NCBI GenBank assembly: GCA_977030845.1
Contig: OZ365118.1
Span: 20,522,001 to 20,586,000 of the forward strand
DNA: 64,000 nt
Reading direction: 5' to 3'
Origin: Fimbriosthenelais zetlandica
Taxonomy: Eukaryota
Below the pieces are notes generated by a model. That model was not told where the DNA came from and did not search any database. It worked only from the letters and a program-made list of their open reading frames with translations. The position numbers were made by a program, and so were the translations under genes. This document shows positions 1 through 14,000 of the stretch, in pieces. Each line of letters opens with the position of its first letter. Within the stretch, counting starts at the first letter, position 1.

Positions 1-2319
1 GATGATGCCAAGTCCATTATCCAATGATTCCCTGGGTGCTGAACACCCTGGAACTCCTCCAGGAGATATGCTGGCCCTCCCTAGAGGCGACCATTTCGTA
101 ACCATCCCCATCACAGGGGTACGATGCAAACAGTCAGTGTTCCCCCGGGGGTTCCGTCCTTCTTTAATGTAAAGTAATTCCTGCCATACAAAATACAACC
201 AGTGTGGGTGGCGCATTGTATTAGTTGAGCCTCAGACGGGATCTGGGATATCTCGCGTGATTTCATCATGGTCATCAGTATAGAGAATGCTGTCTTTGAT
301 ACATTGACTACACATGCTAATAGGATGGGAATGGTGAAAGTTTACCCTCAATGAGATGACCCCCATGTGGATCCCAGTTCCATGGGTACAAGGCATTCAT
401 TTATCCGGGACCTAATATTGGAAGATGTCACCCTTTACTGCATCAAATATTGTAGCATGGAAAACAGAACTTGGTTTTGAATTCTTCTCAATGCACACAT
501 ATTTTCAGATGAGCATAGATTAAGAGCCATATTTTTAATGACCAGGGGAGGGATTAAACAGGAGCATAATGCCAGCGACACACTATGATTCACACAATCA
601 TTCGGCCCATCCCCCTGTACCCCTCTAACTACTAGTTATCCATCTCAATATGACAAATCATTAAATCCACCGTACCCATAGCAACACCACCTCGTTACCA
701 TGACGAAGCTACTTACTGGAATCGACATGGTTGCCAGGGAGGAAACAACCATCCGAAATCAACACCATAAATCTCAATGAGAGTTAATTCTAAACTAGTA
801 AGCGATCCTTCTGGCCGTAGCAACGCCTCAACACAATTATTACTGAGGCACTTAAATGCTAGAAATGCTCCTCCAGGGCCGCTAAATAGTGCCATCCCCC
901 AAAACTCAAGTCATGAAAAGGGTATTTAACCGAGGATAATTTATATCACGAAAAGGATATTTAACGGGGGACAATTTATTTCATATTCATTAAGTGCTGG
1001 ATGAAAGGCTATCAATTACACTGCTTTTGTCATCCAAACTTCATCAGCTTTTATTGTCTTGTCTCAAAACAGATACCTCCAGATTGCAATCAACTTTTGG
1101 CTGCTGTCTTTTTTTCTAGGGGTAAAATCAAGTGTGGACAGTGTGTATTGGGGATTTAATTGTTTCCAGCCGTGCTTTCTTTTCCTGGTTCGGGCAGGAA
1201 ATGAAATCGCTTCGCTGGCAATTACGGTAAAGCTAATCTAATAGTTTTCGGGACTGCGCGCACAGCCGTCGGTGGGCGTATGGGGGGTGCAGTTCTCATG
1301 GGCATTCTTCACATTGTTTATGTTCATGTTTTGCTTTGTGGCCATAATTTGATATACAATTATGTATTCCTATAGTGTTTATAATGGTCTTCTCAAAAGC
1401 ACCAGCTGTTTCTCTCTCCTCAGAACGGAATACATCCTCAACATATGGTCAAGGCAAGTGTGCCTGCAAGACGATTCACTTGGCAAGCGTCTTGTAGCCT
1501 GAATCATCAATTAGGATCAGCCTATATTTGGCTGTTTTTTCTGTCATTTACATTTGGTATCAAGAAACTAAAAGAAATCCACGTACCATTTAATGCATGG
1601 TGGAGTGCAATTGAAACTTTCACTTGGTTGTTTAACTTCTTTGCCTGGGTCCATGTACAAATGGACTATACTACTTATAAGGGAGCAGGTCATATAAGAA
1701 GCGTTGGCCTTTTATCATGCAGGGTGCATGAACCTGGAGGTGGAATCACTACATCTTGTCTCTATCAGTAAACCAGCCAGTCGTTGATAACATGCATTTC
1801 CTGCTCAAGTAGATTAATAATAAATATGAATACCTCCCGAGCTCGGCCCAAATAAATCAAGCTACATTACAAAGAAATCTTCATTATCATGATAGATACG
1901 GGTTGTGAGATGATAAATCCACGTTATCTCCATGCTCTTCCCCACAGATGACGCTTAATGATCACTCAAAACCAGGCTTTATGGAGGAAACACACGTATC
2001 CCACGCTTTTCACTAAAAGTCGTCTGCTACAGACAATAGTAAACAAACAAGGCGTTGGGCAATGTCGTCTGGCAGCGGAAAGTAGTTGTCAGGGGAGAGA
2101 GAGGGATGAGGGAGGCCGGGCAGTGGTGGGATCTGTCATTACTCACAGTAAGACAGACAGAAAGGATGGAGTCTAAATGAAGCGACTGTCGGGTTTGGGT
2201 TGTGAGGACCCGGGGATTAATCAGAATGACAAGTTGAAGACGAAGATGTCGCCGTGAGTAGGAGCGGCACGCTCAGCTTGGTGGGGAGTAAGGTCAGGTC
2301 ATGACGATGGGAGATTGGT

Positions 2320-2339
2320 GGGGGGGGGGGGGGGGGGGG
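2320..2339 (+). repeat. G20 homopolymer (longest of ten G>=10 runs in the window)
   Basis: Read directly; others start at 19801, 19915, 19977, 20041, 20093, 23028, 28596, 47514 and 51348. Confidence 0.9.
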
Positions 2340-3449
2340 TAAAGATTGGAGGATGGGGGACTGTAAGAAGAGAGAGAAGAACTGATGATGGGACAAGATG
2401 CTGACAGGCTTTCATAAAACATTTACACATGGTCTCAATGCTTCAGCAATGCTTGCGATGCTCTGTCGGCGATCAGATGGGATCATTCATTTTACTGACG
2501 CCACACACACACATCGCCATGCCTCATCACCTGCGCATCCCGGGACTGGGATGACGACCGTACACCAGTCACCAAGCCACCGACAGGGGGCTCTTTTGTG
2601 TCAGTCGTTAAGTCCTTGTATCTCAGAGGAATTGTCCATATTGTCTCCTCGCCACTCACTGCTATGTGGCTTTATGAGAAGCATATGATGGCCTAATGTA
2701 TGCCCTGGTGTATGCCTAATGATGCCGCAGCCCAGCAACAGGGAGTCTTAAACCACTCAAGTGGAAGGGAAAATCAATTAAAATGACAAGGAGATGATAT
2801 TCAAAGGCAGAAGCATTAGGGGCTGATCGGTGCATCCTACCCGCCACTTTAATATGTCTACACTGAATTTAATCCCAATCCCGGAAGTGGAGTTCATCTT
2901 GAGTGACATCAAACAGACGCTAAATCTGGAAAAACTGTTTCAGGAACTTACAGAAACAGATGAAACAGATAAAATAGAATTTGTCTGCAAGTAATGTGAC
3001 TATTTTTGCTGGGGTTGTTAATTTGTTAAGGGTACGGCTGTTTTGTTGAGGGTACCGCTGTTGTAATGGGGAGAGCAGCTGGCACACTGACCATCCTTAC
3101 CTTGGTGGTCATCACCATCCAGTGGGTGGTCATTGCCAGCTCCCATCTCGATTCATTAGACTGGACACTGCCCACCCCTGGCACCGTTTTCAGCATGATT
3201 ACCCGTTTCATTTGGCGTCCGCTGGAGCTTATTTGTCGGCCTTGATTAGCCGGCGAGCTGACAGTGCGATCTGTTAGCGGGACACAACCATAGATCAAAC
3301 TGACCGGAACTGACCAGTGTCCAGGCCATGGGGGCAGTCTGAGAGAAGCTGGCGATAGGACGGATCGCCGACTGCTACCAGCCACACTCGCTAGGGGGCA
3401 GGCGATGTCATCCGCCAAGGGACGATGCTCCATCAAGCATCTGTTATCA

Positions 3450-3590
3450 TGACGTCACAAATGACGGATATTGTCACGTGATGGATCACGTGAGGCGTGA
3501 CCTGGGAATCACATGACCCATGCATGAGACTTTCTTGAGGAGTCGTCGGCAGATGAGATGGGTAAAGATGGCGGCGGGGCGGGAGGGCGG
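3450..3590. promoter_or_regulatory. Promoter-type motif cluster: CRE, two CACGTG E-boxes, M-box-like site, YY1 consensus, GC boxes
   Basis: TGACGTCA 3450-3457, GTCACGTGA 3473-3481, TCACGTGA 3486-3493, TCACATGA 3509-3516, AAGATGGCGGC 3565-3575, then GGGGCGGGAGGGCGG. Confidence 0.5.
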
Positions 3591-4415
3591 TATATCAGGA
3601 GATGCGGGTTATTACAGGGATACAATCCCCATGGATGAATGATTGGTGCAATGGCCGCCCATAGATTAACATAGGATCTTCTTATCTTGCCTTATCTGGG
3701 GGAGATATGGGTGAGGAATGAATGACACCGTGACCAGGAGCATCTACAATATTAATGAGTCTGTGAATATCAAAAGTCAATTAATTAGTAAAACTCATTG
3801 AGAGTCATTGAATCTCGTCATCCCCATGTCACACAATGTCTCAGCTCTGAGGCTGCCTTCAATGAGAAAAAATAATCACCTATAGAATGAAAAATAGTCA
3901 CAAAAACGTGCTTCATTTGACTGAGCACAACGCAATATTAAATATTCCCTATCCACTTCATGGACTAAAATAATGTATGATTTTTTTTGCATTGCTTCAT
4001 AAATGTACGCTAGGAAATAAATCCAATCAATGAATGAAATATCATTTTACATTGAAGTACAAATTATGAAACATTTCAGACTTTTTCCATATAATTTCCT
4101 CTTAATTGAAATTTAAAATTCTCTGCTGAATTAAGAACAATCCTCCCGAGTCACGGCCAAATTTGAAACATGAATCCAGTCGGTAATTTCTCAATTAAAC
4201 AGCAGCGCGTGAAAAATTAAACGCGGCACAAACGACCTTGAGGGCAGATGGTTTTTTCGATAGAATCATTAACTAGTTGTCTTAATGCGAGTCTGCCCCC
4301 TACAGCGACTGATAATAGCGTATAAATACAAGCTATCCACGAGTGATGAGGTCCTGGCGCTCCTGGCGGCGAGTGGACGAGTTAACGGATGACACTCAGT
4401 CTTGTCATCCATTAG

Positions 4416-4690
4416 CCGGAAGTGGAAGGTGGAGTATTATCACGTGGTATTATCGGCTGTCCGTCTTTATTCGCCATACAGTATGGATACCCCCGAGGAG
4501 GGTCCCTCCGCCCCGCCGACCTCTGATCCCAATTATTGAATTAATACCGCCATGACTTGTCATGTCTCTGTTTCCAAGCCAGGAAATTTTTCACCACCCT
4601 CCAAGTCACGACCTGGCATGCGCATGCGCAAAGGTTGTCTGCGGTGCTTTAACAGGTGGGGGCGCCCGGAGGAGGGTGCCCCGGATGTAA
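4416..4690. promoter_or_regulatory. Promoter-type motif cluster: ETS, GC box, perfect NRF1 palindrome
   Basis: CCGGAAGT 4416-4423, CCGCCCCGCC 4508-4517, TGCGCATGCGCA 4619-4630 and CCGGATGT 4681-4688. Confidence 0.4.
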
Positions 4691-4861
4691 CGTCTGCTGG
4701 GGTGACCCTGGACCACCATGTTCTACACGTGGATGGCCTTTGGGAGGTCGGGAGAGGCTGGTGGTGGAGGAGGAGGAGGCAGGGCTTGTTGTTGTTAGGG
4801 TCTTACTACCTGCTCTTATAAGGGCCTTGAGATGGTGCGGGATGGGATGAGAGAGAAGGGG

Positions 4862-5073
4862 ATGGTCTGGTCAAACTGAAATGACGCCAGTCTTTAAAGA
4901 TCAAACTGTGAAAGTCAAATTCAGCTGAATACTCACAACCTGCTGCCAGATAAAGCTAATGTGGATTGCAGTATATGTTTTATAGCAAGTGAATTGTCAC
5001 ATCCATATTAACTTTTCATGTTCCTTCTTTTTCCTCCAGTTGAATGAAATGGTCTGGTCAATGACGCCAGTCT
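4862..5073. repeat. Dispersed direct repeat pair ATGGTCTGGTCAA-(7 bp indel)-TGACGCCAGTCT
   Basis: Copy 1 at 4862-4893 and copy 2 at 5049-5073; 25 nt identical apart from a 7-nt insertion in copy 1. Confidence 0.85.
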
Positions 5074-8000
5074 CAAATGACAAAAGGACAAAAGTGGAAT
5101 TCCACTGGAACACTTAATACAGTGCAATGTTATAGCAATGTCCATGCTGGTGATTCAGCACTTCCTGTTCAACCTGCATCTTCCCCTCCAGTTGAACTTG
5201 ACCACTTTCTTCCCCTGGCTGTCTCCCCTCTCCCCACCACACCACATTAGCAATACCAACAACCTCAGACTCCCATTCTGCCTGCTCCCGCCCGTTAAAA
5301 GCCACTCGCCTTCTGCCATCTCCTCTCCTGCCCTTTATGACATTTCCATGTTGCCCCTTAATACCCGGCGTCTCAGCCTGCGTCTAACGCCCCTCGTCCA
5401 TGCCATCCTCGCCTCTAACACCCTGACATTGTATTTACTGAAGCCACTTGAAAACGCACGTCATTCCAACTTGGCGTCTGACGTCAACATGTTCCACTAA
5501 GGCTTTTTATTGATGACACTTCCAATGGCGGGGCGAGTGCTCTGTATACCTGGTGTGTATTTCGGTAATTGCTGTCCGCCCAATGACAATATCAATCAAT
5601 GACCGAGGCAGGCCCAAGCAGCGAGCCCTCCTCCTCTCGGAAGCCATTGAACATGTTCACATTTCCATAAATCTTTAGCGTTTTCTGTCAGGATCCCCTC
5701 GCCGGTCCATTAGCGACGTCCTACAAATTTCACCTGGACTGGTCGGCTGTGTTTAGATGTATATCGGGTGCGCATCGCCGCCGTGCATAAAAAGAGCACG
5801 TCAGAGATGTCGGCTGTCATGGCGGCCATTGAGAGGCATTATGGATGGGCATCCAGGTCGATTCTTGTCTCCACAAGGCGGAGACGGCGACATGGAAACA
5901 GTGTAAGATCTTCAAATAAAGGCGCATCTTGGCTCCCAACTTGATCCACCCAGCCTCGCCCCCCGATTATTTACTCGCGGTTTTTCGGGCTAAAATTGAT
6001 CTCAAAGTGTTCATCATTGAATGCTTATTCTGATGGCCTATCAGCTTCATCATCCCCTTCTCCTCATCATCCTCTTCCTACTCACATCCACCCTTCCTTT
6101 CAGCCAATCACTCCATCAAAAATCTGAAACACTCTGGGAGAAAAACTCTCAACATCATAGTGAGATTCGTATTGGGTAAATGTACACCTTTCCATGTCAG
6201 TCAGTGTGTACCATTACTCCTCATATAGTACAGTATTTATTTGAACCTCTCATATATTCTCTATGACACAGGCTTTTAAAATAGAGCAGAGAAGTTCACT
6301 TAATTCTGTATATGCACCAGAGGCAATGCTGACAGTCCAGCTGCCCATTTCCACCAACATATACCACTTTTAGTCCCAACACCAAAGTCTCACAAGCTTT
6401 TTTTTGTTTTTTTTTCACGGGGGCTTGGAGCTTCTGCCTTTTCCGCAGCAATCTAGCTCAGCGCCCAGTGTGGAATGGCTCTTTTCTGTGAAAGTATTCT
6501 TAAATCAAACTAATCGTGACAAATGACTAGTGGCGGGCCCAGAAACCACCAGTCGGGGCGTGTTTGGGGAACCAGATGAGCAGGCAAACCGTAGTCGAGG
6601 GACATCAGTGCAAACCTGATTGTCCCCCGCTTAATTCGAACCCACTCTGGCAGAGCTGACCGCTGAGGCGACTTCTATTGTATTTTGATTATGGCAGCTA
6701 CCATTGATCTTGCTGGCAATGAAATGCCATTGCCGGGTGATTGTAATGAATGAAATAGGGATAAATAGTGTGAGACAGGAGGGCGTGGTGAGCCTGCTAA
6801 TACCACCTTCTCCTCTCTGGTTATTGGGCCTTGTTGCTATAGCAGATGTTAGTCTTTGTACTGCTACTCACATTGCGATTTGCTGCAGTGAAATAAGCCA
6901 TCAGTGATGAAACTTTGGAGAAGTATAGATTCAATCAATGAGAGCAAGATCAGCGGGCATTGCATAAACTTGCGAGCAGTTTCGAAACCTGTTTTTCAAG
7001 CAACAGCCTGCAGAAACTGCTGAGCATAATGCATTCCAAATACATTCACCAGATTCTGTTCCATAGTCAATGGTTATTGCTGGGATAATTTGAACAGAAC
7101 TGGACATGTATGGCTATTTTTTTGCACTGTTTGTTGTTCCATTTGCTGTATACAGAATCGGCTTTTATAAGAGGAGGAGGTGAAGTGGGAACGGCAGGTC
7201 AGCTAATCTGGGATGTATGCACACACAGAGCAACGTGATCCATAAGAGTTGATTACCGACCACTGGCTTCAATGGAAATTCAACTGGCTTCAGCTGATCA
7301 CCATAATGAAGTGACTTTGGGGAGCCTTTTCTCTCTGTGCCACCTGCGGTTTGATGGACTGGGATTGTGGCTGGATTAAACAAGTACTTCTCCCACCTCC
7401 CCCACCCCGCCAGACCCTACAGGGATTAGCCTCATCCCTTTCTCTAATCCCCATATGAGAATGCGCAGATACCTTGTAACCACAAAGAACTGCCTTCATA
7501 TAATTCATGGTTAATTTCTGGTGGAAATATGTAGCAGTGCCCAGCTGGAATGGCCTGGCTTTACAATTCCATACGAGATGCAATCGTGAATGGCCATCAG
7601 GTTCCGGATCCAGTGCAAATAGGCTTTACATTATTCGGGACAAAACGGGTCAGTGACAATAGTCATTCCTATCCCTCACCGCGGCTTTCTATGCCAGGCA
7701 ATTTATGTATATCATTATGCTTCATTCGCAGGCCGAGGCTGATGGGTGGGCGAGTCATTTTGGACAGAGGCAGTGAGTCGGAGAGGTAAATTCCTTCTGG
7801 TTTTGATGGCGTTCTGCGGTCATTCGTGTCTACATTCATCATTGGTGGGCGAGCAGGAACAAGCCCGCGGGCTGCGGCCCGGAGAATCAGTCTGCCTGGT
7901 TACACGCTCTGTTGGTGGGGACTAAAATAACCCATAGCTGGCTCCAAATGTGCTCACATTCTCCCCCATTACTTTTACTGAGGTGCTTAAATAGACCGAG

Positions 8001-11000
8001 AAACTAATTAAAGAAGCTAGCACCAATGCTTTGTCTGCCAGAAAGTTTCTTGTCATTATTGTTCATTCCACTCACGGAGGCTCTGAAATCTCTGTGAACG
8101 GTTTACAATTGGCAAGCTGTTCTTCTCTAACTTGGATAAATTGTCCACCAAAACAATTTGATAGAATCTAACCTAATAATCAACTAAACAGGCAGGAATC
8201 TTTTCAACAATTTCCTTGATGAATTGACTACATCTACATGAGATCAGTCCCAGCTTCTCATCTAATCTATTTCCTGATCACGGAGTAAACTTAAGAAATT
8301 GAATATCCCAAACCCAGGTGAGCATGAGAATCTTTCTCTGTCCAATAATGGATTTATCCTGGCCTTTTTGGAGAATGCCAATACCGGTCCTACTGAACGA
8401 TTGCCATTTTACCTCCCGGCTTTTTGCCGCACCCTATTCACACCCATCACCAGTTTTTTCTCTCTCAGTCCTGTTGAGCTGAGCCCTTCTACACATCTCT
8501 CTTTTTTCTGAGCAATAATTCAGCAGCGGGCTTCTCGGAGGGGAATAATGACCCGTTTAATACCAGCAAGCACCTGTGCTGTAAAAACACATGCTCCCCT
8601 TGCACCTCTCCAAACGATCACACAAAAAAATTTCAATGGCTGATCCAGGGGGGAGGTATGCTGGTTGGAAATCACTGGGGAGGCATTAGTGTGAAAGGCA
8701 AAGTGCCATTGCTGGCCTCAGCTTCACATTAGTGTATCACTTGCAAATATTTATGGATCTCATTGTTCGGCAAAAGCACGGCAGGACAGAAGATATTGTA
8801 CCCGCTGTTTTGTTTGCGTGTTTTGAAGGCAACGATTTGCCACATTCCAGCGCTGAAATAGGTTTACATTGCTTCCCCCTGATTGCTTTGAAATACAAAA
8901 AAAAAATTTTTCAATGACCTAACCCAAAAAATTAATTGGCAGAAACTTGAAATACGAGGTATGTACCCCAATATTTATCCGTATTTCATTGACATAAAAC
9001 AAATTAGGAAGACATCCTTCAACTTATCAACACATTCCAGTTGTAAAATGGTTTGTAGAAATGAAACATTCATTTGCAGTCGCCTACAACAAAGGCAGTA
9101 TTCAAGAGTGCACCATTCCTATAGCGCCCATTTATTTGAGCGGAGGTAAGATTGTTGAAGCGGATGATAGATTTTAATAAAGTCCCTGAGATGGCAAGTA
9201 ATTTAATCATCATCTTAATGAAGGCGATTTAACATCTCTCATTATCTCTCCTATACTTCCCCATCCACAGATGGAAATTCATTGTGGCCGGGTTCAGTTT
9301 AATTGCCCGCGCCGACATATCCATCTTTCAGGTATATCGAGTATCACTGTGAAAGTATCAATAGCTCTTTACCCTGATTGATTATTGCTTATTGGAACTG
9401 AACCTGCTTCCCCAGTCTTAATGGATCTGTAGCCAACTTATAATAGACACATCCCAAATGACATTTTCCGAAATTTATCTGAATATATAGCTCAAGTGTT
9501 TGTGTGGAAGTTTCTTATGGAAAATTCCCCAGGAGGTGGGGTTATGGTGGGTGCTATTGATAGGTACACATAAAGGACCAAATCAGAGAAGCCTTATATT
9601 CAAGGCTTCATTTCCCAGCCTTGACAGATCACTGTAACACAAGCCCGAGCCTCTCCTTCATAAAAATGAGCAATACACGAGCAGTTCACCATAGGAATGG
9701 CTCGGGATTTGAGTAACTCATAAATCAGGTATTCGGGTCAGGGTAGATAGAATGATTGGGTACAGACGTGAGCTGGGCTTCGTTTCACCACAAGTCCCTC
9801 ACCCAGCACGTGAAACGGTCCCATTAAGGAATCTCCAGCAAGAGTAATTGCCGAAGGCTAGCAGCCCTTGTTGGATACAAATGGGTTTGCTGGATTTCAT
9901 AGATTATGGTCCAAGTTCTTTTCATGCATTATTAAAGCTAATAGATGGCATTGTGATTCATCCATGTGTACTATAGATGTTTTCTAACCGAACTTCGACT
10001 TCCATTACTTCAATGATCAGAATAGGAATAACTATTCATAACAACATTTCAAAATGGAATTCTTCTGGCAATACTTAACTTGAATTAGTGCACCACTGCA
10101 ATAAAACCATGGGAAAGAATATTCAAAGGAGTGTTCTTTTCTTTCATAAATCATCCAATGAAATTGTATTTGCAAAAGTAAATTTTCTGGGGCATAAATT
10201 AGCCATAATCTCTCTGCATTGTGCTGCTGAACAATATACATTTCCATCAAGATGTATGGAGGCAGCTATTTAGAAACGATCCCACTTCTATAACTATGAT
10301 ATATGGATATTAGTTTTTTTACATACCGATACACTAAATGCATCCAGATGTAGCTGAAGGTGGACTGGGTTCAAGTCATAAATGTTAAATACACAGTCCC
10401 AGGGACGGCAATGGTGGTGGAGTTGTCGAATGCATTTGCAGGATTGATATAGATAGTCGTAGCTTGACCCTAGTCCATCTGTCATATCTGTATATATGTA
10501 AATGTATAAAGTAAGTCCACATGATATAGTACAGGGGACCATCTGAGGGCATTTATCTATATCTAAAGTCCATAAAAGACTTCTTTTGCTGGACTTTCAA
10601 TATTTTTTTCAAAGCTTTTGCGCTCCAACCAAAAGTTGAAGTTTATGAATCACAACTCTCTTGCTCTATACAAAATGATTGCAGAGCCTTCGATACAGGA
10701 TGCGCACTGTACTCGTATTTCTGAAGGGGGCAAAATAGTACGACCTCATTGCACAACCAATGCTTTAACCAATTATCTGGTTGTGCAAAGGGCGTCGATA
10801 AACAATATGGTATAGTGTCTAGTCAGCATCGAAAAACAATATGGTACAAGTCAGCCATTAGCGCAGACAACTCAAAAATCAAGCAACACCCAGAGAGCGT
10901 ATAGACAAGATGGAGGCTGATATACAAATGTTGTTTTTGATGTATGGAGAAGATCTCAATGCATCTTGCCTGCTGGTCTGATCCATGAGCCAATAAGGGT

Positions 11001-14000
11001 GATAGATGGGTATCTGTAGGGCTGAGAGGGCCCGGGTAATAAGCTACACTGTCTGTGAGTTAATGGGTGTATATATACTCACTGATATGCTAGTCATTTA
11101 TACCAACAACAACATGTGGCATAAAGAGTGGCTGAAAAAACGCTGCTGGGACTTGTTATTTATAAGTTGGGGTAATAGGCAACGGTTCTTCATTTGTATG
11201 AACAGGCATCGGTTGTCTGATTGAAAGTGTTGTTGCAACATCTATTTTGTTAGCTTATCTATCTTTTTTGATGAGGCTGTTTTTCTAAATGTCTGATTGC
11301 ATTGTGAGTAACTTTATATGAGTGTTTGGGTAATTTCTGGTTGATATTTGGTTGGGATCTTCGCAGTAACTTATTTGCTGGAGTGTGGAAAGAAAAGCAG
11401 GAGTTTAACACTAATTGTTCCACCAAGGTGGTCCTCATTGTCATAAACTCACTCATCAAGACTCTCTTTTGTCTTGTCAGAAACAATATGCTGATGTAAA
11501 GATGGTCAAGCTCAGCCAATATAAATCACAAGTTTTACTTACACCTAAAACATATTCCTGGCAGGCAATCATAAGGTTTGTATGGCATAAAGAAGGCAAA
11601 GCGAACTTGTAAAATGAAACCTGGTATTCTCCTAAGCCTATATATATTCCTCATAACTTATCTTTCTAATCCATGGTCATAAAAAGTACGCAGAGGTCAA
11701 AGGAGAGACAGAAAGAATATATGAAACAATATATACAATATGTAATAGAAAACAAAAAAACAGAGAGAATGAGAAATTGAGAGAATCTGGGTAAAGTTCA
11801 TATTATGATTGAACCATCACAATACAGACATCCCCCATCAATATCTCCAGTCGCCCCCGTCCCCCCAACCCCCCGATAGTCATACAGCCCCATTATACAT
11901 CATCATCCCATACCCTCACAAGCCTCTTCACATTTCAAACCTGTGACAAGATTCCATATGGACCACAGTGGGAAGGAGACTGGCGAGATGATACAAACGG
12001 GTAGGAACAGTAAAGTGAGAGGCAGGAAAAGGTCAGGGGAGAGAGGGATGAGTAATTGTTTATTGTTAGGGTCTGACGGTCGGGGCTGTGTGGAGACTGG
12101 TGGGGGAGGAGAGACGGTATAAAACAATACATACCTATAGCTTCTCTGGTCCTGGTGTATCAGGGAGGAAACCAGTAAAATACAGACCCGGTGGATATCA
12201 GTGGTAGGGAGGTAGGCCCGCGCCGTGGTACCGGCTACACTGTTAGAGAAAAAAATGAAAGACAGGTTAGAAAACGAGAGAAAGAGGAATGGTTGAAAAG
12301 ATAGAAAATGAGAGAAAGATTGAAAAAAAAGTTAGAGAACAAGAGGAAGGAAGATTAAATGGATGTTGGAGAAGTATAGAAAGAAATAGTGCAAAGGAAA
12401 GCATAACAAAGACACAAAGAAGGCGACGAGTCAACCAACAAGGCCTGAAAGTCTGACAGCAATGTTTAGAGTGAAGGCGACTTGCACTCTAGTTTATGAA
12501 AGTGGGTTTGATGTAAGAATGTCCAAGCCGGAACCAGAAAGCCATTTCCATAAAATGCCCGGCCAGCAATGTGGCTGCTCTACATCAGCCCCGACAGGAT
12601 GTAGGCTCAGTATTGTTTATATCTGAGAAAACAACTGTTTCTAATAATGACACATGGGTCAACACTCACAAGCTATATTTCTACTGACTCTAAAGCTATA
12701 TTTCCACAGACCTCTACCTTTTTTCATATCATAATTCACAGAGGGCTTCAAGATTCATTCCAGCAATACGTAGAAGAAAGTTAGCAGTAAAAGACATCAA
12801 TTTTTCTCCTGAATGGAAGTTTTCTGGCAAATCACCCCGCTTCCCCTGGTATATTTTTACGATGGCAGCAATAGGAGTCAATGGTAGTTTAACCTCTTTG
12901 AAAACCATTTGAGAAAGGTCATTTATGAGGTCGTTTCTTTCTGTAGGTAATAAAGCAGAGTAAAATAGGGAGAGCACGTTTGTTTATATGGCACTTTTAC
13001 AGAGGCGAGTTGAGTCGTTTTGGGTGCTGACATTTTCTGACTATGAGCCATCAGGGAAACTTGCATTCTGGCCATGTTGTCCGGTGATCATTCGCCCTTG
13101 TTTATTTTTGCACCACCTCTCCTATTCCAGGGTGGGAATAGTCCCTTTTGCACGAGATAGGAGTCCCTCACGTGTCCTTGTGTCTGTTTTGCTGCGCCCA
13201 CCTCCCATTACCCGTGGACCATTTAGAGGCCTGCTTATAGCTCTCCACACCGCTTTCCCGCCATTCTATATGCTCGCCCCAATATGTCGTCTGCTTCGTC
13301 TGCTCCCACTCCAAACTCAGCCCACCGGAATTGCTCATCGCCACCCGTGCCATCAATTAGTCGTAAAAAGTACAGCACATATTGTCTTTTTGCCTCGATG
13401 AAAATGGAGGGAGTTTTTCGGGGCGGGCTGGCAAGATGAAAAAAGTTTTCGGCGTGATTAACCCACGACATTAGATGTCAGGTCTCGGCTGGCAGCCGCA
13501 GCGCCCCGCGCGCGATTACGATGCCCCATAGCCGCCAATGAAAATGGGCAAGTTTTTACTTGAAGTGATTTCTCATTTGGCGCTTGGCCCGCCTCCCGCT
13601 TTTGTCTTGGTAGGGTGAAGACAATACCGGTTGTAGCGGTGCCATGGTGATTTATAGACGCTCGGTTTAAGCAGCGTTAAATACTTTTAATTAGGCACCC
13701 CGCGTAATAAAGTGCTAGGCCCACGCTCTCCACATATTTCATTGATTTCTAGCCGCGCAGACGATCGCCCGCCAATTGTGCATTTGATCGAGAGGCCTGA
13801 CACAGATTTATTCCAAACACGACCAAAATGAAAGACAGAGCAATAGAATGATTAGATTTATGTTATTGTCTGTACCCCCGTGTGCAGATTGGCATGCCAG
13901 TCCAGGATAAAGCACCAGCAGGAGGAATGTTGGCCCACCCAGTTTTCAGGCAGCACATAACGTGCTTACACTGCCGACAAATTGAACCGGCCTTCTTTCT

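Noticed and set aside
2854-2994. 46-aa acidic smORF MSTLNLIPIPEVEFILSDIKQ...FVCK
   Set aside because: Length is within chance, there is no known homology, and no supporting promoter lies upstream on the + strand.
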